Below, piece by piece: positions 8,956-17,702 of a DNA stretch of 32,000 nucleotides. The position numbers were made by a program, and so were the translations under genes. The notes below the pieces were generated by a model. That model ran no database searches and was not told the DNA's origin. It worked only from the letters and a program-made list of their open reading frames with translations. How positions within the stretch are numbered: the first letter of the stretch is position 1; every line of letters starts with the position of its first letter. Source of the DNA: Candidatus Karelsulcia muelleri (lineage in GTDB: Bacteria; Bacteroidota; Bacteroidia; Flavobacteriales; Blattabacteriaceae); contig NZ_CP094965.1 of NCBI RefSeq assembly GCF_022985615.1, positions 30,001-62,000 of the forward strand. The letters run 5' to 3'.

Positions 8956-9312
8956 ATGGATTTAAAATCAGCATTTTATGAAACCTTAATAGTGATTTCT
9001 CCGACGGTTTCAGAAGAAGAAAAAAAACAAATTATTTCTTCCTATGAAAACCTCTTAAGAAGAGAAGGAAGAATAATTTATCAAATTAACTGGGGGAAAA
9101 AAAAATTAGCATATATTATAAATAAAAAGAGATTTGGCATATATCATATATTTTATTGGAAGATCCTAAAAAGCTCAGTAAAAAACTTAGAAAAAAAATT
9201 AAATCAAGATGAAAATATAATTCGTTTTTTAATTCTTAAAATTAATAAGAAAGCTCTAAATTATTTAGAGTCAAAATTTAATATAACTTTAAATAATAAA
9301 TTAGATGAATAA
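8956..9312 (+). CDS. rpsF: 30S ribosomal protein S6
   Basis: [20 protein letters not shown]...[23 protein letters not shown]...[14 protein letters not shown]. The tracked start runs into the tmRNA; ATG 8956 is preferred. Confidence 0.95.
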   Translation: MDLKSAFYETLIVISPTVSEEEKKQIISSYENLLRREGRIIYQINWGKKKLAYIINKKRFGIYHIFYWKILKSSVKNLEKKLNQDENIIRFLILKINKKALNYLESKFNITLNNKLDE

Positions 9313-9574
9313 AAAAACGGAACTTAAATATTTAACGCCATTAAATATAGAAAGTAAACATAAGAAGAAAAAATGTTATTTCCAAAATAAAAAAATTAAT
9401 TTTATAGATTATAAAAACTTTTACCTTTTAAAAAAATTTTTAAATGAAAGAGGAGAGATTTGCTCACGCAGAGCAACTGGTACTACTGCTAAAAAACAGA
9501 GAAGACTTAAAATTGCTATAAAAAGATGTCGACATATTGGTTTATTGCCTTTTACTACTGATAATTTTAAATAA
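9305..9574 (+). CDS. rpsR: 30S ribosomal protein S18
   Basis: [51 protein letters not shown]. Confidence 0.97.
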   Translation: MNKKTELKYLTPLNIESKHKKKKCYFQNKKINFIDYKNFYLLKKFLNERGEICSRRATGTTAKKQRRLKIAIKRCRHIGLLPFTTDNFK

Positions 9575-9578
9575 ATAT

Positions 9579-10034
9579 ATGAAAATTCTTTTAATTAAAG
9601 ATGTTAAAGAATTAGGAATTAAATATGATATAGTTGATGTTAAACCAGGGTACGCTAAAAATTTGTTATTTCCTCAAAAATTAGCAATTTTATTTACTGA
9701 TTCACTTAAAAAAAAATATTTTAATATTTTAAATAAAAATATAAATAATGAAAAAAAAATTCTTAATAACTTTAATAAAGAAATTATTAAAATTAAAAAA
9801 TTAAATTGGGTCTTTTATAAAAAAGCCAGTAAATCGGGTTTTTTGTATAAGACTTTATCGAAAAAAGATATTTTTAAGATTTTTTTAGAAAAAAAAATTA
9901 ATATTAATATTGATCAAATCAATTTTAAAAAAAAAGGAATTAATAAAATCGGTAAATTTAAATTTGAAGTTAAATTTAGTAAAAAAATATTTAAGCAGTT
10001 TAATATAATAATTATTCCTAAACAAAATAAATGA
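9579..10034 (+). CDS. rplI: 50S ribosomal protein L9
   Basis: MKILLIKDVKELGIKYDIVDVKPGYAKNLLFPQKLAI. Confidence 0.95.
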   Translation: MKILLIKDVKELGIKYDIVDVKPGYAKNLLFPQKLAILFTDSLKKKYFNILNKNINNEKKILNNFNKEIIKIKKLNWVFYKKASKSGFLYKTLSKKDIFKIFLEKKININIDQINFKKKGINKIGKFKFEVKFSKKIFKQFNIIIIPKQNK

Positions 10035-11536
10035 TAAGAGTTCGTTTTGCTCCCAGTCCTACTGGCCCATTACATATAGGAAATTTAAGAACTGCATTAT
10101 TTAATTATTTATTTGCAAAGAAGAATAAAGGATCTTTTATACTAAGATTTGAGGATACAGATAAAGAAAGATTTATTAAAAAATCTGAAAAACATATTTT
10201 AAATTCTCTTAAATGGTGTGGGCTTATTCCTGATGAAGGTCCAGACAACGGAAAATATGGGCCTTATCGTCAATCTAAAAGAAAACATATATACAAAAAA
10301 TATATAAAATATTTATTGAAAAATAAATATGCTTATTATGCTTTTGAAACAAAAGAGGATTTAAAACAAATAAGAAATGAGTATAAAGAAAAAGGAAAAT
10401 TATTTATATATAATTCTTTAACTAGAAGTAAACTAAAAAATTCATTGAATGAGTTTTATTTTAAGCAAGTAAAAATAAAGAAAAAAAAGGCTACAATAAG
10501 ATTAAAAGTCCCAGACTCCACAACGATTAAAGTTAAGGATATATTACGTGGAAATATTTACATAAATTCCAATTCACTAGATGATAAGGTATTAGTAAAA
10601 TCTGATGGCAATGTTACCTATCATTTAGCCAATGTAATTGATGATCATCTTATGAAAATTTCACATGTCATTAAAGGAGAAGAATGGATTTCTTCTTTTC
10701 CAATACTACAATTGTTGTATAATTTTTTTAATTGGAAAATGCCTAATTTTTTGCATCTGCCTTTGATCTTAAATTCTTTTGGAAAAGGGAAATTAAGTAA
10801 AAGAAATTCGAACCAATTCAATTTTACTATCTTGCCACTAAAATGGAAAGATCCTATAAAATTAACGACTATTCTTGGGTATCGTGAATTAGGATATTTA
10901 CCAGAGGCTTTGCTTAATATGTTAGCCTTTTTTGGTTGGAATCCAGGTGGAAAGAAAGAAATTTTTTCATTAAAAGAATTAATATCTACCTTTTCATTAA
11001 AAGATATTAATTTTACTTCGGCTAGATTTGATAAAGAAAAAATGAAATGGATTAATCATAGACACCTACAATGCAAATCGGTTTCTGATTTGACTCGGTT
11101 AGTTAAAAGAAGTTTGAAAGAGAAAAAAATTTATTTTAATAATGATCAAAAGCTACAAAAAATTATTTTACGAATTAGATCTCAATGTACTTTTGTCTAT
11201 CAAATCATAGAAAAGTCAATTTATTTCTTTAAAACACCAAGTTTAAATCAAACTTATATAAGTAAAGTTTTATTAAATAAAAATATAAATAAAAACATTT
11301 TATTTCTAATAATAGAATGGTTAAAAAATAATGATAAAAATAATTTAAAATTACTAAAAACTTTCTTTTATAAATTAGCTATTAACAAAAAGATTAAGAT
11401 CTCTTATTTATTTAAAATCTTACGAGTAAGTTTAGTTGGAAAATTAGTCGGGTTAGACCTTTATTTTATAATTAAAATATTAAAAACAAATGTTCTGATG
11501 AAAAGAATACTAAATCTAATCTTTTTATTAAATTAA
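10031..11536 (+). CDS. gltX: glutamyl-tRNA synthetase
   Basis: VRFAPSPTGPLHIGNLRTALFNYLFAKK, GKLSKRNS, WINHRHLQ. Confidence 0.97.
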   Translation: MIRVRFAPSPTGPLHIGNLRTALFNYLFAKKNKGSFILRFEDTDKERFIKKSEKHILNSLKWCGLIPDEGPDNGKYGPYRQSKRKHIYKKYIKYLLKNKYAYYAFETKEDLKQIRNEYKEKGKLFIYNSLTRSKLKNSLNEFYFKQVKIKKKKATIRLKVPDSTTIKVKDILRGNIYINSNSLDDKVLVKSDGNVTYHLANVIDDHLMKISHVIKGEEWISSFPILQLLYNFFNWKMPNFLHLPLILNSFGKGKLSKRNSNQFNFTILPLKWKDPIKLTTILGYRELGYLPEALLNMLAFFGWNPGGKKEIFSLKELISTFSLKDINFTSARFDKEKMKWINHRHLQCKSVSDLTRLVKRSLKEKKIYFNNDQKLQKIILRIRSQCTFVYQIIEKSIYFFKTPSLNQTYISKVLLNKNINKNILFLIIEWLKNNDKNNLKLLKTFFYKLAINKKIKISYLFKILRVSLVGKLVGLDLYFIIKILKTNVLMKRILNLIFLLN

Positions 11537-11674
11537 TGCCTTTTTTTAATCTCATAATCAGGAACAATATTAAATAATAATTTAATACCTGGTTTAATGA
11601 GGAAAAGTACTGTATTCTATATTTGTTAGGAACAAAATATATTGCTTTAAAGGTCTTTAGGGATTTATTCCCAT

Positions 11675-11713
11675 AGGTCCATATTCATATGAAAAGGTCC
11701 ATATTCATATGAA
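11675..11713. repeat. 2 copies of aggtccatattcatatgaa (20-bp period)
   Basis: Direct reading; contains the palindrome ATTCATATGAAT. Confidence 0.92.
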
Positions 11714-11719
11714 TAGTCT

Positions 11720-11998
11720 TAGTCTTTCTTTCTTTTACTGACTTTACTTTGACTTCTTAGTCTTTGACTTCTTAGTATTTGACTTCTTAGTCTTAGTCTT
11801 TGACTTAGTCTTTGACTTAGTCTTTGACTGAGTCTTTGACTGAGTCTTTGACTGAGTCTTTGACTGAGTCTTTGACTGAGTCTTTGACTTTGACTGAGTC
11901 TTTGACTGAGTCTGAGTCTTTGACTGAGTATTTGACTGAGACTGAGTCTGAGACGTCTTCTGAGACGTCTGAGTCTGAGACTGAGTATGAGTCTTTGA
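11720..11998. repeat. minisatellite with ~12-bp period (tctttgactgag) in and just beyond the rplY 3' end
   Basis: Direct reading; encodes KTQS repeats on the minus strand and continues past the stop codon. Confidence 0.93.
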
Positions 11999-12553
11999 TT
12001 GAGGAGTTTCAATAATCTGTTTAACTGTAGAGATAACTGTATTAGAGTCATGTAATATTACTATTTTTTTTGGAGGTATATTTTTTACATAATAATTTTC
12101 TCCTATATCTAAATTGTCAATATTAATCTCTATATGATCTACCATATTCTTAGGTAAAGCCTTAATTTTTAATTTTCGGATTTTCGATATATATTCCCCA
12201 CCTTTATAAACTCCTTTGGCTTTCCCTATTGGTCTAATAGGCACTTCATAAGTAATATACTTTCTAGGGTTTAATTCCAAAAAATCTAAATGCAGGATTT
12301 TTTCTGTAATTGGGTTATATTGGATTTCTTTTAATATAGTAGTAATATTGATTTTATTGTTTATAGATACTATAAATTGGCTTAATGTGTTATTTTTAAT
12401 TATTTTTTCTACTAAATAAGTATCCAAAACAAATTTAATGTTTTTATTCTTCCCATACACTATTCCAGGCGTGTAACCAGATTCTCTTAAACTTTTTATA
12501 TGTTTTTTATTTACAATTACTCTTTTTTCTACTTTTAAAATGATTCTTTTCAT
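11744..12553 (-). CDS. rplY: 50S ribosomal protein L25/Ctc with 84-aa low-complexity KTQS-rich C-terminal tail
   Basis: N-terminal ~185 aa is L25/Ctc-like (GYTPGIVYGKNKNIKFVLDT, ILHLDFLELNPRKYITYEVPIRPIGKAKGVYKGG). The tail is made of KTQS/KTKS repeats. Confidence 0.92.
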   Translation of the reverse strand: MKRIILKVEKRVIVNKKHIKSLRESGYTPGIVYGKNKNIKFVLDTYLVEKIIKNNTLSQFIVSINNKINITTILKEIQYNPITEKILHLDFLELNPRKYITYEVPIRPIGKAKGVYKGGEYISKIRKLKIKALPKNMVDHIEINIDNLDIGENYYVKNIPPKKIVILHDSNTVISTVKQIIETPQSKTHTQSQTQTSQKTSQTQSQSNTQSKTQTQSKTQSKSKTQSKTQSKTQSKTQSKTQSKTKSKTKSKTKTKKSNTKKSKTKKSK

Positions 12554-12609
12554 TTAAACTACAATATTTACTATCTAGAAAAAAGAAAAGAAATTATATT
12601 ATTGTTATT

Positions 12610-12680
12610 GGTACTGTGGCCGAGTGGTTAGGTAAAGGTCTGCAAAATCTTTCACAGCAGTTCGATTCTGCTTAGTACCT
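12610..12680 (+). tRNA. tRNA-Cys(GCA)
   Basis: GGTACTG...TAGTACC acceptor, anticodon loop CTGCAAA, GCAGTTCGATTCTGC T arm. Confidence 0.9.
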
Positions 12681-12705
12681 TTTATTTGCTTAGTACCTTT
12701 TATTT
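12670..12705. repeat. 2 x 18-bp tandem duplication (gcttagtaccttttattt) including the tRNA-Cys 3' acceptor strand
   Basis: Direct reading. Confidence 0.95.
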
Positions 12706-12715
12706 AACGGGAGAG

Positions 12716-13114
12716 ATGATATATTTTTCTTTTTACTATAAGTTTTCATTTAAAAAAAAAATAGAAAAAATATTACGATATGAAAAAAGTAATTTTATAA
12801 AAATTATTTATATTTTTTGCAATAATAAATATATTTCTACTCTAAATTTTTTTGTTTTCAAAAAAACAAAATTGACTGATGTTATTACATTAAAAAAGAC
12901 GGATCGCAACAAAAAAAAAGTAGGAGAAATTTATATAAATATTGATATGATAAAATTTAACTCTATTGTCTTTAAAAAAACATTTTATGAGGAATTAAAA
13001 AGAGTAATGATACATGGAGTATTACATTTAATTGGTTACGAAGATAATAATAAGCAAATTGCTGAAAAAGAAAAGTTTTATTTATGTCCTCATTATGTCC
13101 TCAAAAAGATTTGA
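12716..13114 (+). CDS. ybeY: endoribonuclease YbeY (rRNA maturation)
   Basis: VMIHGVLHLIGYEDNNKQIAEKEKFY matches the HGxLHLxGYxH region. Confidence 0.88.
   Translation: MIYFSFYYKFSFKKKIEKILRYEKSNFIKIIYIFCNNKYISTLNFFVFKKTKLTDVITLKKTDRNKKKVGEIYINIDMIKFNSIVFKKTFYEELKRVMIHGVLHLIGYEDNNKQIAEKEKFYLCPHYVLKKI
13082..13103. repeat. 2 x 11-bp tandem duplication (ttatgtcctca)
   Basis: Direct reading; the second copy carries the mnmG ATG at 13095. Confidence 0.93.
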
Positions 13115-14942
13115 TGTAATTGTAGTAGGGGCAGGACATGCTGGGGCCGAAGCAGCTGCTATATGTGCAAAATTAGGCTCCAAAACATTGTTAATTACTT
13201 CTGATATAGATAACATAGCTAAAATGTCTTGTAATCCAGCCATTGGTGGTATAGCCAAAGGGCAAATAATAAAGGAAATAGATGCATTAGGTGGCCTATC
13301 AGGAATTATAACTGACAGAAGTATGATACAATTTAGAATGTTAAACAAATCTAAAGGTCCGGCAATGTGGAGCCCAAGAGCACAATGTGATAGAAGAAAA
13401 TTTACAAGAAATTGGAAATCGGCTTTAAAAACAATTAGTAATTTATCTATTATTCAAGATACTATAATTGACTTGATAATTCGTAATAATAAAATAATCG
13501 GTGTTAAATCTTTAGTAGGTAAAAAGATATTTGGAAATTCCGTAATTTTAGCTGCTGGAACCTTTTTGAATGGTAGAATTCATATTGGAAACAAAAAAAC
13601 ATACGGTGGACGATTATCAGAAAAAGCCGTTTTAGGATTAACTAAAAAGCTTACAAACCTTGGCTTTTGTTCTGGCCGTCTTAAAACTGGTACCTCTCCA
13701 AGAGTTGATGCTAGATCATTAAATTATAATAAAATGATAATTCAAAATGGAGATCTTCCAATTGAATATTTTTCTTTTAAGAAAAAAGAAAAATATTTTA
13801 AACAAAAGAAATGTTATATTACTTATACCCATGATAAAATTCATGACTTAATTATAAATAATATTCACCTTTCTCCATTGTATAATGGAAATGTTAAAAG
13901 CAAAGGTCCAAGATATTGTCCATCTATTGAAGAAAAAATATATAGATTTCCAAATCAAACTAGGCATCAAATATTTGTCGAACCTGATGGTAACCATTCT
14001 ATAGAAATGTATATAAATGGATTCTCAACATCTTTACCAATCGAGATACAAAAAAAAGCCTTATTAAAAATACCTGGTTTCGAAAAAGCAATAATTTTAA
14101 AACCTGGATATGCAATCGAGTATGATTATTTCAATCCAATTCAATTAAAAAAAAATTTAGAAACTAAAATAGTTGAAAACCTTTTTTTTGCAGGGCAAAT
14201 TAATGGGACTACTGGATATGAGGAAGCAGCAGCACAAGGTTTAATGGCTGGAATCAATGCTCATTTAAAAATTCATCAAAAAAAACCTTTAATCTTAAAA
14301 AGAAATGAAGCCTATATTGGCGTTTTAATAGATGATTTAATAAATAAAGGAACTCAAGAACCATACAGAATGTTTACTTCACTAGCAGAATATAGAATTT
14401 TATTAAGACAAGATAACGCCGATCAAAGATTAATGCCTATAGCTTATAAATTAGGATTAATTTCTAATAATATTATATATAAATTAAGAAATCAAAACAA
14501 AAAAATTAATCTCTGTATTAAATTTTTTAATAATCGAATTAATTCTAGAAAAATAAAAACAAATTCTTTTAAAAAAAAATATATAAAAATTAGTCATTTT
14601 TTCTCTTTACCAAAAGTTCCAATTAAAGATCTAATTAAAATTTCATTAATTAAAAACTTTATAAAAGAGAATAAAATATCTAATAATATTTTAAATAAAC
14701 TTTATATTCTTCTCAAATATAAAGTCTATTTAAAAAAAGAAGAAGAAAATGTTAAAAGAATTTTAAAATTAGAAAATTTAATAATTCCTAAAAATTTTAA
14801 TTATGATAAGATTAAATCTTTATCTATAGAAGCAAGGGAAAAATTATTTAATTTTAAACCTCAAAATCTTGGGGAAGCTTTAAAAATTAGTGGAATTTCT
14901 CACTCAGATTTAAATAATTTATTATTCTATATAAGATCGTGA
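13095..14942 (+). CDS. mnmG: tRNA uridine-5-carboxymethylaminomethyl modification enzyme MnmG (GidA)
   Basis: FDVIVVGAGHAGAEAA, NPAIGGIAKGQIIKEIDALGG, GTFLNGRIHIG, NGTTGYEEAAAQGLMAGINA. Confidence 0.97.
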   Translation: MSSKRFDVIVVGAGHAGAEAAAICAKLGSKTLLITSDIDNIAKMSCNPAIGGIAKGQIIKEIDALGGLSGIITDRSMIQFRMLNKSKGPAMWSPRAQCDRRKFTRNWKSALKTISNLSIIQDTIIDLIIRNNKIIGVKSLVGKKIFGNSVILAAGTFLNGRIHIGNKKTYGGRLSEKAVLGLTKKLTNLGFCSGRLKTGTSPRVDARSLNYNKMIIQNGDLPIEYFSFKKKEKYFKQKKCYITYTHDKIHDLIINNIHLSPLYNGNVKSKGPRYCPSIEEKIYRFPNQTRHQIFVEPDGNHSIEMYINGFSTSLPIEIQKKALLKIPGFEKAIILKPGYAIEYDYFNPIQLKKNLETKIVENLFFAGQINGTTGYEEAAAQGLMAGINAHLKIHQKKPLILKRNEAYIGVLIDDLINKGTQEPYRMFTSLAEYRILLRQDNADQRLMPIAYKLGLISNNIIYKLRNQNKKINLCIKFFNNRINSRKIKTNSFKKKYIKISHFFSLPKVPIKDLIKISLIKNFIKENKISNNILNKLYILLKYKVYLKKEEENVKRILKLENLIIPKNFNYDKIKSLSIEAREKLFNFKPQNLGEALKISGISHSDLNNLLFYIRS

Positions 14943-14945
14943 GAT

Positions 14946-16565
14946 ATGTATCAAAAACATTTTTTAGAAAAAATTATTGATAAAGATATTAAAAAAGGGT
15001 TTCCGAAAGAAAATTTATCCTTTAGATTTCCTCCAGAACCTAATGGGTATTTACACTTAGGGCATGTGAAATCAATATATCTAAATTTTTACCTTGCTGA
15101 AAAATATAAAGGTCCTTTTATATTGCGTTTTGATGATACTAATCCTATTAAAGAAGAATCAAAATTCATTAAAGCAATTAAAAAAGATATAAAATGGCTA
15201 GGGTTTAAATGGGTTAAAGAAACTTATGCATCAGATTATTTTTTTGAGCTTTATAAACTAGCTAAGAAATTAATCTTAAAAGGCAAAGCTTATGTAGATA
15301 GCCAAAACAAAAAGGAAATTAAAGAACAAAGAAAAACTTCTTATGAAGTTGGGATAAAAAGTCCTTTTAGAAATAGGTCAAAAAAGGAAAATCTAAAATT
15401 ATTTAAAAAAATGAAAGATGGTTTTTTTAACGAAGGTGAATGTGTATTACGAGCTAAAATAGATATGAATTCCCCTAATCTAAAACTTAGAGATCCTATT
15501 ATGTATAGAATACTAAAGAAAAAGCACTACAAAACTAAAAATAAGTGGGTAATATATCCAACTTACGATTGGGCACATGGGCAAAATGATTATTTAGAAA
15601 AAATCTCACATTCTTTATGTACGTTAGAATTTAAACATAATAATCCATTATATAACTGGTTTATTCTTCAAATTAAAAATAAAAATAATGTAATTTTGCC
15701 AAAACAATATGAGTATTCTAGATTAAATTTAAATTATTCTATAATGAGTAAAAAAAAAATACAAATTTTAATTAAAAACAAAATGGTGGATAATTGGGAT
15801 GACCCAAGATTACCAACAATTTCTGGGCTTCGAAGAAGAGGTTTTACTCCTAAATCTATTTGTAACTTTATAAAAGAAATAGGAATTTCCAAAAGAGAAA
15901 ATAATATTGATATTTCTTTATTAGAATTTCATCTAAAGAAACATTTAAATCAAATTGCTGATAGGGTAATGGTCGTATTTAATCCTCTCACTTTAATAAT
16001 AGAAAATTTTAATAAAACTAAAACTAAATGGTTAATAGAAAAAACCAACCCTAATTCTGATATATATCGTAAAATTCCATTTTCTAGAGAAATATATATA
16101 GAAAGCAAAGACTTTTTAGAAACTAAAACAGATAACTTTTTTCGGTTATCGATTGGTCAAAAAGTAAGATTAAAATCTGCGTTTATAATAAAAGCTAAAT
16201 CTATAATAAAAAATAATAATGGTAATATCAAATATATATTGTGCAAATTATACAATAATATAAAGAAAACAAATAATAAGGCAACTTTACATTGGGTATC
16301 TAAAAAATATTCTTTCCCTATTAACATAAATTTATATGGAAAATTATTTAACATTAAATTTCCTAACAAAGTAAAAAATTTTAGTAATTATGTTAATGAA
16401 AATTCCAAACTCCAAGCAAAAGCTTATGCAGAACCTTATTTAAAAAATGCTAAACCTGAAAATAAATATCAATTTATACGAAGTGGTTATTTTTGTCTTG
16501 ATAAAGAAAGTAGTAGTAAAAATTTAATATTTAATCAAATCGTTTCGTTACAAAAAAAATATTAG
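14946..16565 (+). CDS. glnS: glutaminyl-tRNA synthetase
   Basis: FRFPPEPNGYLHLGHVKSIYLNF, FDDTNP, DWAHGQNDYLEKISHSLCTLEF. Confidence 0.96.
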   Translation: MYQKHFLEKIIDKDIKKGFPKENLSFRFPPEPNGYLHLGHVKSIYLNFYLAEKYKGPFILRFDDTNPIKEESKFIKAIKKDIKWLGFKWVKETYASDYFFELYKLAKKLILKGKAYVDSQNKKEIKEQRKTSYEVGIKSPFRNRSKKENLKLFKKMKDGFFNEGECVLRAKIDMNSPNLKLRDPIMYRILKKKHYKTKNKWVIYPTYDWAHGQNDYLEKISHSLCTLEFKHNNPLYNWFILQIKNKNNVILPKQYEYSRLNLNYSIMSKKKIQILIKNKMVDNWDDPRLPTISGLRRRGFTPKSICNFIKEIGISKRENNIDISLLEFHLKKHLNQIADRVMVVFNPLTLIIENFNKTKTKWLIEKTNPNSDIYRKIPFSREIYIESKDFLETKTDNFFRLSIGQKVRLKSAFIIKAKSIIKNNNGNIKYILCKLYNNIKKTNNKATLHWVSKKYSFPININLYGKLFNIKFPNKVKNFSNYVNENSKLQAKAYAEPYLKNAKPENKYQFIRSGYFCLDKESSSKNLIFNQIVSLQKKY

Positions 16566-16610
16566 ATTTTTATAATTTTCTATAGCTTATCTCCTAAAGA
16601 ATTAAAGAAA

Positions 16611-17702
16611 ATGAATATTGAATCTTTTATTGAACACGAAAAAATAAAAGGGGAATTATATAATCTTTGTAAATTTAATAGATTACCAACGGGTATTTTA
16701 CTTCTTGGCCCTGAAGGCTGTGGAAAGTTTAAATTAGGAATAAAATTTATAAAAAAGCTTTTAAAAATTGATATTTTAACACATCCAGATATATATTTTC
16801 TTTTTCCTTTACCGAATTTACCTAAAAGTAGTAAGTTAACAGATTATTTTTATAATAAATGGCATAATTTTTTAGTTAATCAACCTTATGGTAGTTTCTT
16901 AGATTGGAAAAAAAAAATACATTATGAAAATAAAGATTGCAAAATTTCCTTAGAGCAACTTGAAGAGGCTTTAAAAATGATAAATTTAAAATCTTATGAA
17001 CTTTCTCATAAGGTTGTAATATTTTGGATGTTAGAACACTTAAATATTAATGCAGCGAATAAATTATTAAATGTTTTAGATTCACCACCAAAGCAAGTTT
17101 TTTTTTTATTTATTGGAGAAAATGAAAACTTAATTTTACCAACTCTAAAATCTAGGTTACTTATAATAAAATTCCAACTAATTTATAATAAAAGTATTGA
17201 AAAATATTTAATTCTAAAGTTTAACTTATCTAAAAAACGAGCTCAAAATATAGTTTCTGTTTCAGAAGGTAATCTTAATACTATCTTTAAAATTTTAAAA
17301 AATAAAAAAAATACTTTAAATATTAATTTTTTAAATATTAATTTTATATTTTGGATGAGAATGTTATTCAATTTAAAAAATAAAATAGATTCATTATTGA
17401 TATGGAGTTCCCAAATTAATTCCTGGAATAGGGACAAAAAAAAAAGTTTTCTTTTGTTTTCTTTAGAGATTTTTAGAATTGCACATCGATATAAATATGA
17501 TAAAAATTACAGAAATCCATTTTTTAATTATAAAAATTTTAATTGGAAACAATTTTGTATATACATAAATACTAAAAAAGTCAGTATAATAAATTACTTA
17601 ATAAGTGATGTAATTAAAGGTATTGACAGATATTATTTCTTCTTATTTAATTTTTTATATTTGTCTTTTAATATTAATAAAATATTATTTAATAAACTAT
17701 GA
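16611..17702 (+). CDS. holB: DNA polymerase III delta' subunit-like ATPase
   Basis: FNRLPTGILLLGPEGCGKFKLGIKF (Walker A), MLEHLNINAANKLLNVLDSPPKQVFFLFIGENENLILPTLKSRL. Confidence 0.85.
   Translation: MNIESFIEHEKIKGELYNLCKFNRLPTGILLLGPEGCGKFKLGIKFIKKLLKIDILTHPDIYFLFPLPNLPKSSKLTDYFYNKWHNFLVNQPYGSFLDWKKKIHYENKDCKISLEQLEEALKMINLKSYELSHKVVIFWMLEHLNINAANKLLNVLDSPPKQVFFLFIGENENLILPTLKSRLLIIKFQLIYNKSIEKYLILKFNLSKKRAQNIVSVSEGNLNTIFKILKNKKNTLNINFLNINFIFWMRMLFNLKNKIDSLLIWSSQINSWNRDKKKSFLLFSLEIFRIAHRYKYDKNYRNPFFNYKNFNWKQFCIYINTKKVSIINYLISDVIKGIDRYYFFLFNFLYLSFNINKILFNKL

Noticed and set aside
11719-12051. ORFs 11719..12051(-) (110 aa, leucine-rich) and 11824..12015(+) (TESLTES repeats)
   Set aside because: Alternative-frame and opposite-strand shadows of the rplY tail minisatellite; no independent evidence of coding.
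13082-13348. Minus-strand 88-aa ORF overlapping mnmG
   Set aside because: Antisense to the conserved FAD-binding N-terminus of MnmG, which fully explains the sequence.
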